The notes: generated by a model not told the origin, from the sequence alone. Counted from the first letter of the stretch, positions 38,242 to 48,524 are shown. The stretch: DNA of 64,000 nucleotides from Candidatus Lustribacter sp. (GCA_965277805.1 OZ255842.1:2080001-2144000), one strand, 5' to 3'. Program-made: numbers and translations.

Positions 38242-39900
38242 CTAATCTCCCGGTTCGAGTTTGACGATCGATGCGCCCTGATTGCTGCCGACCCAGAACG
38301 TCACCGGGTTCGTCGTGTTGTCGACGAACACGCGGCGCACGTTCGTCGCGCGCGGCAACAAGTACTCGACGGCCTTGCCGCTCTTCGAATCGAGCCGCGT
38401 AATGAGGTCGGTCGACATGTTGCCCGTCCACAATTCGCCGTGCTTGTCCTGGACCGCGTCGTAGGGATCGCTCCAGGTGGTCGGAAGCTTCCACTCCGTC
38501 ATCTTGCCGGTGTTTGCGTCGTACATGCCGATCTGATCGCCGGCAAACTCCGCAAACGTCAGCTGGTTTTTGTCGTTGAAGTGTCCGCGGCGCAGCCGGA
38601 CGTTCTTGGTCGGCGTCGGAATCATCGAGAGCGCTTTGGTTTGATAATCGACTTTCCCGAGGTAGTTGCCGTCGGTCTGGCTGAAGTCGAGCGCATAGGC
38701 GTTGTTGTGTGCGTCGGTGAGCACGCCGTAGAGCGTTTCCGAATGCAGCCCGGTGTTGTCGGTAATCTTGAACGGCCCGTACGTCTGCCACTGATTCGTT
38801 GCCGGGTCCAAGAGGTGGACGGTGTTCTTGTCGACGTCGTTGGTGATCACGAGGCCGTTCGGCAGCGGATCGACCATCGCGATCTGGGAGGCGTTATCGT
38901 TCAAGTCGGGCGGCAGCGAGAACGTCTTGAAGGTCTTCGTTTTCGGATCGAATTCGGCGACGCCGGCCTGCAACAGCATTCCCATCCAGATATTACCGGA
39001 CTTGTCCATTTCGAGGTCCAGCGAGCCCGCAGGAAATTGCGGTTTGAGACGCGGCAGCGTGTATTCCGTGACCACGCCGGTACGCGGATCGAGTTCGCCC
39101 AGCACTTGCGCCGCAAAATCCGAGTACCACGCCATGCCGTGCGCATCGAGGATCACGTCGTGCGGTTCGGTCAGCGCGCGCGGCAGGTCGTACTCCGTGA
39201 CGATCGCGTGCGTCGCGCCGCCGCTCGGGCGCGGGTGCGTCTTGAGCGGATACTTCCACGAGCCGCTGCTCAAGTTGATGCTCGCGATGTATTCCGCGAG
39301 CGAGCGCAGTTGTGCCGGATCTTGTTTGCGCGGTGGCGAGAGCCGGCGGTCGGGCGACAGCGGCTGCGCGCCGGGCGCGAACCCGCTCATCATCGGGATA
39401 ATCTGCACGAGCTGATTCGCCGTATAGTGCGTCGTCACGATCCGGAAGATCGTGTGGCAGCCCATGCAGTCGATCAGCCGCTTCTTCTCGTCGGGCGTGC
39501 CGGGCATGCTCGTCAGCCAGTCTCCGTTGCTGAGCTGCGCGGCGAGGTCGGTCGTCTTCTTCAGGCGAAGGTCGGCGCTCGTCGTGGCCGAGCCGAGCGT
39601 GACCGCGTTGGATCCGTCGAGGTCATAACCGGCCGCGCGAATCGTGAGGGCATACGCGCCCGGACCGAGTCTCGCCGCGGGGAAGCTGTAACGGCCATTT
39701 GCGTCGCTCACGACGGTGGTCGTGACGTTCGAGCCGTTCAGCCGGGCGCTGACCAGCACGCCTTCCATCGCCCCCTCTTCGGCTGAGCTGACGGTCCCCG
39801 TCAGCGCGACGCCGGGCGTCTGCGCATGAAGTCCGCTAGCGGCCGTAATGAGCAGGACGGCAAAGGCGAGCGCGACGATGACGAGCAACGGTTTGCGCAC
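38242..39900 (-). CDS. Exported protein: carboxypeptidase-regulatory-like domain, c-type heme motif, Vgb-like propeller
   Basis: LTGTVSS..EGAMEGVLVSA, SDANGRYSF; CMGCH; TEYDLPR..TEPHDV. Confidence 0.8.
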   Translation of the reverse strand: MRKPLLVIVALAFAVLLITAASGLHAQTPGVALTGTVSSAEEGAMEGVLVSARLNGSNVTTTVVSDANGRYSFPAARLGPGAYALTIRAAGYDLDGSNAVTLGSATTSADLRLKKTTDLAAQLSNGDWLTSMPGTPDEKKRLIDCMGCHTIFRIVTTHYTANQLVQIIPMMSGFAPGAQPLSPDRRLSPPRKQDPAQLRSLAEYIASINLSSGSWKYPLKTHPRPSGGATHAIVTEYDLPRALTEPHDVILDAHGMAWYSDFAAQVLGELDPRTGVVTEYTLPRLKPQFPAGSLDLEMDKSGNIWMGMLLQAGVAEFDPKTKTFKTFSLPPDLNDNASQIAMVDPLPNGLVITNDVDKNTVHLLDPATNQWQTYGPFKITDNTGLHSETLYGVLTDAHNNAYALDFSQTDGNYLGKVDYQTKALSMIPTPTKNVRLRRGHFNDKNQLTFAEFAGDQIGMYDANTGKMTEWKLPTTWSDPYDAVQDKHGELWTGNMSTDLITRLDSKSGKAVEYLLPRATNVRRVFVDNTTNPVTFWVGSNQGASIVKLEPGD

Positions 39901-39976
39901 GTGAACTCCCTCCAGGGCGAATAGTCGCTCCTATCGCGCACGGAAACCCATGTCCCCTCCAGAAGGGCATCCCATT

Positions 39977-40930
39977 ATGCCGAAAGCAGTGCAGCTCTCC
40001 GCCTACGGCGGACTCGACCAAGTGAAGATCGTCGACGTCGCAAAACCGGAACCCCAAGCGGGCGAGGTCGTCGTGCGCGTGATCGCCGCGGGCACGAACC
40101 CCGGCGAAATCTCGATTCGCGAAGGATACCTCAAGGAGATGTATCCGATGGAGTTTCCGTTCGGGCAAGGCTCTGATTTTTCCGGACGCGTCGATTCCGC
40201 CGGTGCCGGCGTAACGGAGTTTGCGCCGGGCGACGCGGTCATGGGATGGTCCGAGCTGCGCGCCGCGCAGGCGGAATACGTCGCGGTTCCCACGTCACAA
40301 CTTATCGCGAAGCCGCCCGCGCTCGACTGGTACCGCGCCGGCAGCCTGAAGGTCGTCGCATCGACCGCCGTCGCCGCGGTGCGCGCCGTCGCGTTGAAGC
40401 CGGGCGACACCGTGGCCGTCGGTGGTGCAGCGGGCGGCGTCGGCTCCATCGCCGTGCAGCTCGCGCAACGCACCGGCGCGCGCGTCATCGGCATTGCGAG
40501 CAACCAGAGCGCGGCGTTTCTGCGTTCGGTCGGGGTCGAACCCGTCGCGTACGGCGACGGTCTCGCCGACCGTTTGCGGGCGGCGGCCCCGAACGGGATT
40601 ACCGCGTTCATCGACCTCTTCGGTAACGGTTACATCGACCTCGCTGTATCGCTCGGCGTTCCGCCCGCACGCATCAATACGATCATCGATTTCGCCGGCG
40701 CACAAAAGGTCGGCGCGAAGACGGATGGTTCGGGCGCCGCGAACACGCGCGAGGTCTTAGCATCCGTTGCAAACCCGATTGCATGGGGCGACATCAAGAT
40801 GCCCCTGGAGGCGATTTACCCGTTCGCGATGGTGAAGGACGCGTATACCGAACTCGCGCGGCGCAAAGCCCACGGCAAAATCGTGATCGCACTCGACGAA
40901 TCCGTCACGAAACCGCTGCGCCCGAACTAA
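39977..40930 (+). CDS. NADP-dependent MDR oxidoreductase (quinone reductase-like)
   Basis: AAGTNP, GSDFSG, GGAAGGVGSIAVQLA, HGKIVI. Confidence 0.9.
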   Translation: MPKAVQLSAYGGLDQVKIVDVAKPEPQAGEVVVRVIAAGTNPGEISIREGYLKEMYPMEFPFGQGSDFSGRVDSAGAGVTEFAPGDAVMGWSELRAAQAEYVAVPTSQLIAKPPALDWYRAGSLKVVASTAVAAVRAVALKPGDTVAVGGAAGGVGSIAVQLAQRTGARVIGIASNQSAAFLRSVGVEPVAYGDGLADRLRAAAPNGITAFIDLFGNGYIDLAVSLGVPPARINTIIDFAGAQKVGAKTDGSGAANTREVLASVANPIAWGDIKMPLEAIYPFAMVKDAYTELARRKAHGKIVIALDESVTKPLRPN

Positions 40931-40933
40931 CCG

Positions 40934-42019
40934 TTACCGCGAAGCGGAGAGAATCTCGACTTCTTTCTTCTGCCCTTCGAGCGCCTCGGGGTGCGCCGAC
41001 CACCAATTCATGTCGATCGTGGTGAACTTCACCCCGCTGCGCCGGTACGGCTCGAGAAACTGACTCGTCTTCGAGCCGGGAAGCATGTCGTTGTCCATGC
41101 GCATCGCGTCGTAAAACAGCGACTGCCCGGGCTGGCTCAACATGTAGAGCACGAACAGCACCGCGGCATTGGGGTGCGGCGTGTTCTTTGGAATCGCCAA
41201 GTAGTAGTAGCGGATCTGCGCGCCGTCGCTCGGGACGTAGAAGTTGACGGGCGCCCCCTTTTCCTTGAGCAAGCGCGGCCCTTGGCTCGAGCAGTCCTCG
41301 ACGAACGCCGCGTACTCGCCGCTGGCAATGCGATCGTCGTCGCCGCAGCGCACGAGGCCGGCCTGGAGTGAGACGAGCTTGCGCACCGCGTCGAGCGCTT
41401 TCGCTTGGCCCCAGAAATCGGTTGCCGAGAGCACGTCGAACCCGGACGCGTTCGGCGGCGTCGCGAGCTTACCGGTCCATTGCGGCGTCAGCAAGCCCTG
41501 GATCGTCGACGGCGGATGCGGCATCAGCGTCGGATTGTACACCACCACCGGAATCGACGTTCCCGTGCGAATGATCCGTCCGCCGCCTTCGATGAACGCG
41601 GGCGTGATGCGATGATCGCGCGCGAGCGACGGCCACGGCACGATGTAGAACATGTCGTGCGGCAAGAGCGGCGCGAGCGACTGCGCGGACGAAAACAGAA
41701 TGTCGCTCGACGATGGCTGCCCCGCGCTGAACTCGGTAAAGAGCTGATTTCCTTGCCGCGCCATCTCCGGGCCGGCCGCAAATCGATACGTCAGGTGCAA
41801 GCCCCAGAGCTTGTTGAACGCGTCCATATGCCGCCGCGCGACATCGGCATCGCCCATCACCGACGCGCTCCACGTCAGATCGATCGTCCCCTCGCGCGCC
41901 GCACCGGCGATGATCTCATTGAGATTCTTCCCAAGCTGGGCCCCCGACTGCGCCCGCACAGCAGACCCCATCAAAACCGCCAAAACAAGAAGCGTAGCGA
42001 ACCCGCGAATCCACCCCAT
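40934..42019 (-). CDS. ABC substrate-binding protein, PBP2 (Fe3+/AfuA-like)
   Basis: AAREGTI, VVYNP, WTGKLA, PHPNAAVLF. Confidence 0.8.
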   Translation of the reverse strand: MGWIRGFATLLVLAVLMGSAVRAQSGAQLGKNLNEIIAGAAREGTIDLTWSASVMGDADVARRHMDAFNKLWGLHLTYRFAAGPEMARQGNQLFTEFSAGQPSSSDILFSSAQSLAPLLPHDMFYIVPWPSLARDHRITPAFIEGGGRIIRTGTSIPVVVYNPTLMPHPPSTIQGLLTPQWTGKLATPPNASGFDVLSATDFWGQAKALDAVRKLVSLQAGLVRCGDDDRIASGEYAAFVEDCSSQGPRLLKEKGAPVNFYVPSDGAQIRYYYLAIPKNTPHPNAAVLFVLYMLSQPGQSLFYDAMRMDNDMLPGSKTSQFLEPYRRSGVKFTTIDMNWWSAHPEALEGQKKEVEILSASR

Positions 42020-42038
42020 GCGATCCTCCTGACTGCTA

Positions 42039-42067
42039 TGTCATCCCGAGCTTGTCGAGGGACCGCC
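42039..42067 (+). repeat. REP-like palindrome, copy 2
   Basis: TGTCATCCCGAGCTTGTCGAGGGACCGCC in a divergent intergenic gap. Confidence 0.9.
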
Positions 42068-42096
42068 GCGATCCTTGCCAAACCGACCCAACGGTA

Positions 42097-43818
42097 ATGA
42101 AAGACGCGGTATTGCCACGTCCGCGGAAGCGCGGCGGCGATCGTTCATTCGTCGTCGCGACCGGCGTCTTGGTCGCGATCGGCTCAGCGCTGATCCTCTG
42201 CCTGCTCGCGATCCTCGTGGCGCAAAGCCTCTCATCCAGCAGCAACTACGCCAACCTCGCCAGCCCCGCCGTCGTCCGCATTCTCCTCAATTCGGTCGAG
42301 CTCGCGGCGATCGCAACGGTTGTCGCCTTCTTCTTCGCGCTGCCCATCGCATGGCTCGTCGAACGCACAAACGTGCAAGGCAAAGCCGCAATCGTCAGCA
42401 TCATGCTCGTATCGATGCTTGTCCCCGGCTTCGCAATCGCCATGGGCTGGCTATTCTTACTCCACCCGCAGATCGGCTTGATCAACCGCCTCTCCGCCGC
42501 AGCCTTCGGCCCCTCGCACCCGGTACTCAACGTCGTCACGATCACCGGCATGGGCATCATCATGGGCTTCCAGCTCGCGCCGGTTGCGTTTCTGATGGTC
42601 AGCGCCGCACTGCGCTCGCTCGACTACCGGTTGGAAGAGGCCGCATCGATCGCCGGCGCTCCCGACGTCGCAGCGATTCGCCGCATCGTATTGCCCCTGA
42701 TCCGGCCGGCACTCGTGTCGTCGGCCATCTACGTGTTCATCATCGCGTTCGGCACGTTCGACGTTCCCGCCATCATCGGCTGGGGCAACCGCATCTTCAC
42801 CTTCAGCACCTACGTCTACCTCACAACGAATCCGCAAGCCGGCTTGCCCGATTACGGACGGGCCGGCGCGTTGAGCGTCGCCGTGCTGGGCGCCGCACTG
42901 CTGCTCACGGTCTGGTCGCGCTACCTCTCGCTCGACACCAAACGGTTCGCGGTGGTCTCGGGCAAAGGCTATCAGACCACGCAGCTCGCGCTCGGGCGCT
43001 GGGCGTTCCCGGCTTACGCGTTCGTCGCCGTCTACCTCATCATCGGCATCTTGCTTCCGCTGGCCATCGTGCTGTGGGAATCGTTTCTGCCGTTCGTGCA
43101 GCCGATCTCGGCGACGGCGCTGCACGTCGCGAACCTCGCCAACTACAACGCCATCTTCGGCGACGCGTTCTTCAGCGGGCTCGCCAACAGTGCGCTCTTG
43201 ATGCTCGTCGTGCCGCCGATCGTGCTCATCTTCAGCTTCGCCTTCTCCTGGATCGGCTTTCGCACGCAGCTGCGCGGGCGCGCCCTGCTCGACGGCATCG
43301 CATTCTTGCCGCACGCCGTCCCGAGCGTCATCATGGCCGTCGGCGTGATTCTACTCTCGCTCTATGGGCTCAACCATGTCGTCCAACTCTATGGGACGAT
43401 TTGGATCATCGTGCTGGCCTATAGCGTCAGCTGGGTGAGTTACGGTACGCGCATGACGAACTCGGGTTTGCTGCAACTCTCGCGCGAACTCGAGGAATCC
43501 GCGAACGTGAGCGGAGCGAACACCTGGGCGACGGTGCGGACGATCGTGCTGCCGCTGATCGCGCGCACGCTTTCGCTTGCCTGGGTGTATCTGGTAATCC
43601 TCGCCGGCCGCGAACTCACGCTCGCCGTGTTGCTGACGACGCCGGGAAACACGACCGTCCCCGCGTTCGTGTGGATTACGTGGCTCAACGGCGGCCTCAC
43701 CCGCGGCGCCGCTGCCACGGTGTGTTACCTCATCTGCCTCTCGCCGCTCATCGTCGGGTACAGCTTTCTGCTCAACCGCACGCGCCGTTCAAGCACCACC
43801 GTCGGGAGCCCGGTATGA
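42097..43818 (+). CDS. ABC permease, FbpB-type with two MSD halves
   Basis: LEEAASIAGA and LEESANVSGA EAA motifs. Confidence 0.9.
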   Translation: MKDAVLPRPRKRGGDRSFVVATGVLVAIGSALILCLLAILVAQSLSSSSNYANLASPAVVRILLNSVELAAIATVVAFFFALPIAWLVERTNVQGKAAIVSIMLVSMLVPGFAIAMGWLFLLHPQIGLINRLSAAAFGPSHPVLNVVTITGMGIIMGFQLAPVAFLMVSAALRSLDYRLEEAASIAGAPDVAAIRRIVLPLIRPALVSSAIYVFIIAFGTFDVPAIIGWGNRIFTFSTYVYLTTNPQAGLPDYGRAGALSVAVLGAALLLTVWSRYLSLDTKRFAVVSGKGYQTTQLALGRWAFPAYAFVAVYLIIGILLPLAIVLWESFLPFVQPISATALHVANLANYNAIFGDAFFSGLANSALLMLVVPPIVLIFSFAFSWIGFRTQLRGRALLDGIAFLPHAVPSVIMAVGVILLSLYGLNHVVQLYGTIWIIVLAYSVSWVSYGTRMTNSGLLQLSRELEESANVSGANTWATVRTIVLPLIARTLSLAWVYLVILAGRELTLAVLLTTPGNTTVPAFVWITWLNGGLTRGAAATVCYLICLSPLIVGYSFLLNRTRRSSTTVGSPV

Positions 43819-44903
43819 TCTCGATTACCGACCTGCAGCAAGTCTACCGCGACGGCGCGACCACGCACGCGGCGCTGCGCGGCGTGAGCGTCGACGTTGC
43901 CGCCGGCGAATTCCTGGCGCTGCTCGGACCGAGCGGCTGCGGCAAAACGACGCTGCTGCGCTGCATCGCCGGGTTGACGGAACCCGAAAGCGGCACGATC
44001 GCAATCGACGGCGAGACCGTGTACTCCGCAACGGAGCAGATCAACGTCCCTGCGCGCATGCGCGACATCGGCATGGTGTTCCAGTCATACGCGATCTGGC
44101 CGCACATGACGGTCGCGCAAAATGCTGCGTTTCCGCTGCGCTACCGGCGCCCCGAACTCAACCCAACCCAAGTCCGCGAACGCACGGCCGAGGTCCTACG
44201 GCTCGTGCATCTCGACGCCCTAGCCGAACGCCCCGCGCCCGCGTTGAGCGGCGGTCAGCAGCAGCGCCTAGCGCTCGCGCGCGCCCTGATTTCCGACCCG
44301 AAGGTGCTGCTGCTCGACGAGCCGCTGAGCAACCTCGACGCGCGCTTACGCGAAGAGATGCGCTTCGAGCTGCGCGCGCTGACAAAACGCCTCGGCGTGA
44401 CGACCATCCTCGTGACGCACGAGCAAGCCGAAGCGCTGAGCCTCGCCGACGTCGTCGCGGTCATGGACGACGGCCGCTTCATGCAAATCTCGAGCCCGCG
44501 CGAACTCTACGACCGCCCGCGCACGGAATTCGTCGCCGGCTTCGTCGGCCGTGCGAACCTGATCCCTGCCGAAGTCATCGCCGGCGCCGTCAACGGTTCG
44601 CCCCAGTGGGTCTCCGTCTCAACCCCCTACGGCATCGTCGAATGCTACACCGAACGCCCGCGCACCACCGGCGAACGCGCCACCCTAGCCGTCCAACCCG
44701 AATCAATATCCATCGCACCACCAAGCGACGGCACCGCAATCGGCACGATCGAAGGCGCAGCCTTCATCGGCGACGCCACCGAACTCGTCATCCGCATAAA
44801 CGAATCAATCCTAATCGCCAAAGTAACCACCGCCAACGCCCCCGCACCAGGCGCGACCGTAACAATCCGTATCCAATCCCAAACGTGCACGTTACTGAAT
44901 TAG
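43815..44903 (+). CDS. ABC ATP-binding protein (FbpC/PotA-like)
   Basis: GPSGCGKT, LSGGQQQR, LLLDEPLSNLD. Confidence 0.95.
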   Translation: MISITDLQQVYRDGATTHAALRGVSVDVAAGEFLALLGPSGCGKTTLLRCIAGLTEPESGTIAIDGETVYSATEQINVPARMRDIGMVFQSYAIWPHMTVAQNAAFPLRYRRPELNPTQVRERTAEVLRLVHLDALAERPAPALSGGQQQRLALARALISDPKVLLLDEPLSNLDARLREEMRFELRALTKRLGVTTILVTHEQAEALSLADVVAVMDDGRFMQISSPRELYDRPRTEFVAGFVGRANLIPAEVIAGAVNGSPQWVSVSTPYGIVECYTERPRTTGERATLAVQPESISIAPPSDGTAIGTIEGAAFIGDATELVIRINESILIAKVTTANAPAPGATVTIRIQSQTCTLLN

Positions 44904-44925
44904 CAACGCTTCACTGAATTAGCAA
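44894..44925 (+). repeat. 13-bp direct repeat spanning the stop codon
   Basis: ACTGAATTAGCAA at 44894 and 44913, separated by CGCTTC. Confidence 0.8.
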
Positions 44926-44942
44926 GGCAGACGCCCCCCAAC

Positions 44943-44974
44943 TGTCATCCCGAGCTTGTCGAGGGACCGCCACC
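44943..44974 (+). repeat. REP-like palindrome, copy 3
   Basis: TGTCATCCCGAGCTTGTCGAGGGACCGCCACC between convergent genes. Confidence 0.9.
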
Positions 44975-44991
44975 ATCGCGCCCGCTAGGCG

Positions 44992-45975
44992 CTAAATTCT
45001 AGCGAACAGCTCGTCAACGCTGAGGTGCCGCTTCGTATACCCCTGCTCGTACCCATAGCGCGCAAACGCCGCAATCCCATCGCGATTCCCGTCAAGCCCA
45101 TGCGTATACATCGTCGGCCCCAACAACCGCCGCTGCCGCTCAAGCGCCTCAATCCCACCAAACACGCTAAGAAACTTCGGTTTGAGATACGCCTTATCCA
45201 CGAGCGCTTGCGCGTTACGGAAAGCCTCGACCCAACTCCCGACAATCCACGGCTCGCGCTCGAGCAAATCTTCGTGCACAACGACAACATGCGTCATCGG
45301 CGCACACCCGATCGTCCGAATATGCGCTTCACCCTCCGCAATATGATCTGCAAAGATCCGGCGAATCCGCGGATCGCCCGCATTGAACGCCGGCGGAGCA
45401 TTCGGCAAGAACAGCGCATCGACGCGCCCTTCGAGCAACATCTTCTCCGGATCGCCCGCGTTGAAGTTCACCTTCACGCCGTCCGGAAAAACATAACCCG
45501 CGCCTTCATCCTCGAGGCTCGAGAACCACTCGCAGTCTTGCGGCTTGAGCCCATAGCGATCGCCGCAGATGCCGCGCAGCCAAAGGTTCACCGTCAGCCG
45601 GTACGCTTCGCTGCCGATACGGCGGCCCTTGAGCTCGGCCGGCGACTGATACGGAGAATCCGAACGAACGTAGATGTGCGAGAGCGGCGGCATGCGCAGC
45701 GGAAAGATCGGCAACGCCCACACCGGCTCCCCACGATCGCGCGCCATGATATACCACGAGAACGACATCTCCGTCACATCGAAATCGAGATACACCGGCC
45801 GCAAACAGAACTCGCCGCCCTCAGCCAGCGAGTACGTGGGCGAAATCCCAGGCACCTTAACCATGCCGTCGGAAAGCGGCCGCGTTCGGTCGTAATCGCA
45901 AAACGCAACGTTCAGCGGTAAGCTAAGCCGCGGCAGCCCCTCGACACCAGTCGTCCGCTCGTTCAAAAGCTCCAT
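44992..45975 (-). CDS. 4,5-dihydroxyphthalate decarboxylase-like protein 2
   Basis: CDYDRTRPL, FDVTEMSFS, LPIFPLR, PMTHVVV, YEQG. Confidence 0.8.
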   Translation of the reverse strand: MELLNERTTGVEGLPRLSLPLNVAFCDYDRTRPLSDGMVKVPGISPTYSLAEGGEFCLRPVYLDFDVTEMSFSWYIMARDRGEPVWALPIFPLRMPPLSHIYVRSDSPYQSPAELKGRRIGSEAYRLTVNLWLRGICGDRYGLKPQDCEWFSSLEDEGAGYVFPDGVKVNFNAGDPEKMLLEGRVDALFLPNAPPAFNAGDPRIRRIFADHIAEGEAHIRTIGCAPMTHVVVVHEDLLEREPWIVGSWVEAFRNAQALVDKAYLKPKFLSVFGGIEALERQRRLLGPTMYTHGLDGNRDGIAAFARYGYEQGYTKRHLSVDELFARI

Positions 45976-46003
45976 CCCGAAAGATTCGCCCGCAGGCCCC
46001 TCC

Positions 46004-46035
46004 TGTCATCCCGAGCTCGTCGAGGGGCCGCCCCC
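46004..46035 (+). repeat. REP-like palindrome, copy 4
   Basis: TGTCATCCCGAGCTCGTCGAGGGGCCGCCCCC; supplies the MFS stop codon. Confidence 0.9.
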
Positions 46036-47256
46036 GGACACGCCCAGTTCGTGATCGATATTGCCGATCAAAAACGCGATCGGAAGACAGCCGAGGATGA
46101 GCGCCACGCCGGCGGCGACGAGCAGCGGCACGAGGAAGCTGCCGCTGCTCGTGACCAGAAGTCCGGTGACGATCGGCGCGAACGAGCCGCCGACGTTTCC
46201 GCCGAAGTTATGCAAGGCCGCCAGGGATCCGACGAGTTTGGGCGGCGCGATGTCCACCGGAATCGCCTGAAGCGCCGCCGTCGAAAAACTGAACCCCGCC
46301 ACGGCCAGCGTCAACGACGTGACGGCTGCGAATGTCCCGGCGGCAAACGCTCCATAGATCGTAAAGACCGTTGCCGCGATGAGACCCGCGATCGAGATGC
46401 TCTTGCGCGCGATCGTGACGCGCATTCCCCGCGCGATCAGTGCGTCGCCCAACCAGCCACCGATGATCGTGACGACGAAACCCACAACGAACGGCAGCAT
46501 CCCGACGAAGCCGCTGTTCAAGATCGAGAGATGCCGCTGAAGAACGAGATAGCCCGGCAGCCACGTTGCAAAGACGTAGTAAATGTAGAGATAGCCGGCA
46601 TTCCCGAGCATCATGCCCCACGTCGTGCGATAGCGCAGCAACTGCGCCCACGCGAACGGTTCGCTCGTTCCGGGCAAGCCCGCGGGGCGGTAGACAGCGA
46701 GAAACAGCACGACCCAAACGATGCCGAGCAAGCCGGTGAGGTAAAACACCCACGGCAATCCCAGCGCGTGCAAAATGATCGCGGCGAAGGGAATGCCGAG
46801 TGCGAGGCCGATCTTGTTGCCGGCAAAAAACGCTCCGACTGCCCGGGTTCGTTCGTTGATCGGAAACGATTCACGAATCACGCGCTGGCCGGCTGGAATC
46901 ATCGGTCCCTCGCCGATGCCGACGAGGGCGCGAAAAACGGCGAGCGGCGCGAAGGCCGTCGTCACGCCGCAGAGGATCGTCCCGACCGACCACGCCGTCA
47001 CGCCCGCCCCGTATGCAATGCGCGGGCGCACCCGATCGACGAACGGTCCTGCGAAAAGAATCGCGACGGTGAAGACCCAGTTGAAGATCGAGAAGAGCAC
47101 GCCCAGACTCGCCGCGCTGTAGCCGAAGTCTCGAATGAGCACCGGCGCCGCAACGGACAGGTTGACGCGGTCGATATAGGCGATCGTTTGTGCGGCCACC
47201 AGCAGCGTTAAGATCCGCCACAAGTATCCGCGAGCTGGGGCCATCGGGTTCACCAT
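46006..47256 (-). CDS. MFS transporter, anion:cation symporter family
   Basis: YIDRVNLSVA, GIGEGP, FPINERTRA, TWLPGYL. Confidence 0.9.
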   Translation of the reverse strand: MVNPMAPARGYLWRILTLLVAAQTIAYIDRVNLSVAAPVLIRDFGYSAASLGVLFSIFNWVFTVAILFAGPFVDRVRPRIAYGAGVTAWSVGTILCGVTTAFAPLAVFRALVGIGEGPMIPAGQRVIRESFPINERTRAVGAFFAGNKIGLALGIPFAAIILHALGLPWVFYLTGLLGIVWVVLFLAVYRPAGLPGTSEPFAWAQLLRYRTTWGMMLGNAGYLYIYYVFATWLPGYLVLQRHLSILNSGFVGMLPFVVGFVVTIIGGWLGDALIARGMRVTIARKSISIAGLIAATVFTIYGAFAAGTFAAVTSLTLAVAGFSFSTAALQAIPVDIAPPKLVGSLAALHNFGGNVGGSFAPIVTGLLVTSSGSFLVPLLVAAGVALILGCLPIAFLIGNIDHELGVSGGGPSTSSG

Positions 47257-47313
47257 CGACGTTTACCCAAGCGGCTGCTCGTATAAGCCGCACCGCTCGG
47301 GTATACTCTCCCA

Positions 47314-47766
47314 ATGAGAGCAATCTGCCTGTGGGACGGTTCGGGTCGCGCGATGGCGGCGCTGCAACAGGTCGTCCCCTTGTTTCGAGCACAGGCGCTC
47401 TCCCACGTCGAGATCATGATGCTCGTGTGGCCGCAGCGCGACAGCGCCATGTGGCGCGATATCCTCGAACGCCAAGTCGTCACAAGCGATCTGCACCGCG
47501 CAGCGGCCGAGATCTCGACCGAATACGGCGAGCGCCTGCGCAAGACCATTCTGCCGACAGCAGAGACGGTGCACGTGTCGATCGTCGACGCGGACACCGT
47601 GCCCGCCGTCAGAAAGGCCGTTGTCGAGCTTCGAGCCGACATCATCTTCCTCGTGCTAGGAAGCGTCAAGCCCGACAGCCAGGTCGCCAACAATCTGCGC
47701 GAGATCCTGCACGAAAACATCGTCCCGCTCTGGGTCCTACACGCCCCTGCCCGACCGGCGGCTTAG
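47314..47766 (+). CDS. Universal stress protein-like
   Basis: WDGS near the N-terminus, ADIIFLVLGS, VPLWVL. Confidence 0.55.
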   Translation: MRAICLWDGSGRAMAALQQVVPLFRAQALSHVEIMMLVWPQRDSAMWRDILERQVVTSDLHRAAAEISTEYGERLRKTILPTAETVHVSIVDADTVPAVRKAVVELRADIIFLVLGSVKPDSQVANNLREILHENIVPLWVLHAPARPAA

Positions 47767-48395
47767 CGGCGGAGCTTGCTCTTTAAGTAAAGGGCCGTCA
47801 TCGCGCGCAGTTCCGCGATGGCGCCCGCGTTCTGCTCAACGTCGAGCGATTTTATCGCCTTCATATTCTGCAACAACACGACCGCCATGTCGTTCGCCAT
47901 CGCATCGCTGAGCGTGGCATCGCGAAGCTTCAGCGAAGTGACGACACCGCGCAGCGACCGATCGTGGAATTCTCCCCGCCACGTATTCGCATCCGAGCGC
48001 GCATCGAGCAGGGCAATGATGCACGGCGACTCGCCGCGCACGCTGGCAAAAACGTCGAGCAAATCATCCGCAAATTCCTCAACGCTCGACGACCCCGCCC
48101 GCCGATCGGCTTTCTCAAACGCCGCATCCACCAGTTCCCGATACCGCACGATGAGCGCATCCGCCAACGCGTCCTTATTCGGAAAAAACCGGTAGAGCGA
48201 GCCAATCTGCGCGCCCGCCCGGGACGCAATTTCGGCCATCGTCGCCGCCTCGAACCCGCGCTCGGCGATCACGTCAGCGCCCGCCCGCAGCAATTCTGCG
48301 ACCCGGCGCTTGCCCGTACTCCTCTGCGGTTCGAGAGCTGCTCGCCCGCGCGCCTCAGCGATTTTTGCCAAATTCGTCTCGGATTGTGAAACCAT
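47763..48395 (-). CDS. TetR family regulator
   Basis: GFEAATMAEIASRAGAQIGSLYRFFPNKD; start ATG 48395, just downstream of the operators. Confidence 0.9.
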   Translation of the reverse strand: MVSQSETNLAKIAEARGRAALEPQRSTGKRRVAELLRAGADVIAERGFEAATMAEIASRAGAQIGSLYRFFPNKDALADALIVRYRELVDAAFEKADRRAGSSSVEEFADDLLDVFASVRGESPCIIALLDARSDANTWRGEFHDRSLRGVVTSLKLRDATLSDAMANDMAVVLLQNMKAIKSLDVEQNAGAIAELRAMTALYLKSKLRR

Positions 48396-48402
48396 AAGTA
48401 AT

Positions 48403-48443
48403 TTGAGGATGTCCTCAAGTACAATGCTTGAGGATACACTCAT
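48403..48443. promoter_or_regulatory. Tandem TetR operators
   Basis: Palindrome TTGAGGA-TG-TCCTCAA (48403-48418) and degenerate copy TTGAGGATACACTCAT (48428-48443). Confidence 0.7.
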
Positions 48444-48524
48444 CTATAACCCACCCAATGCGCTACCCTTTGCAGCGCTGCTGAAAGCCGATCTCGAGGA
48501 CGACGGGCTGGAGTTCTACCTCCG

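Noticed and set aside
37462-39786. 774-aa + strand ORF
   Set aside because: Antisense shadow of two well-supported - strand genes; no motifs; typical of high-GC DNA
48396-48443. Longer TetR N-terminus from ATG 48443, and ORF 48310..48816 start
   Set aside because: The segment consists of operator palindromes and is AT-rich, so it is more likely promoter
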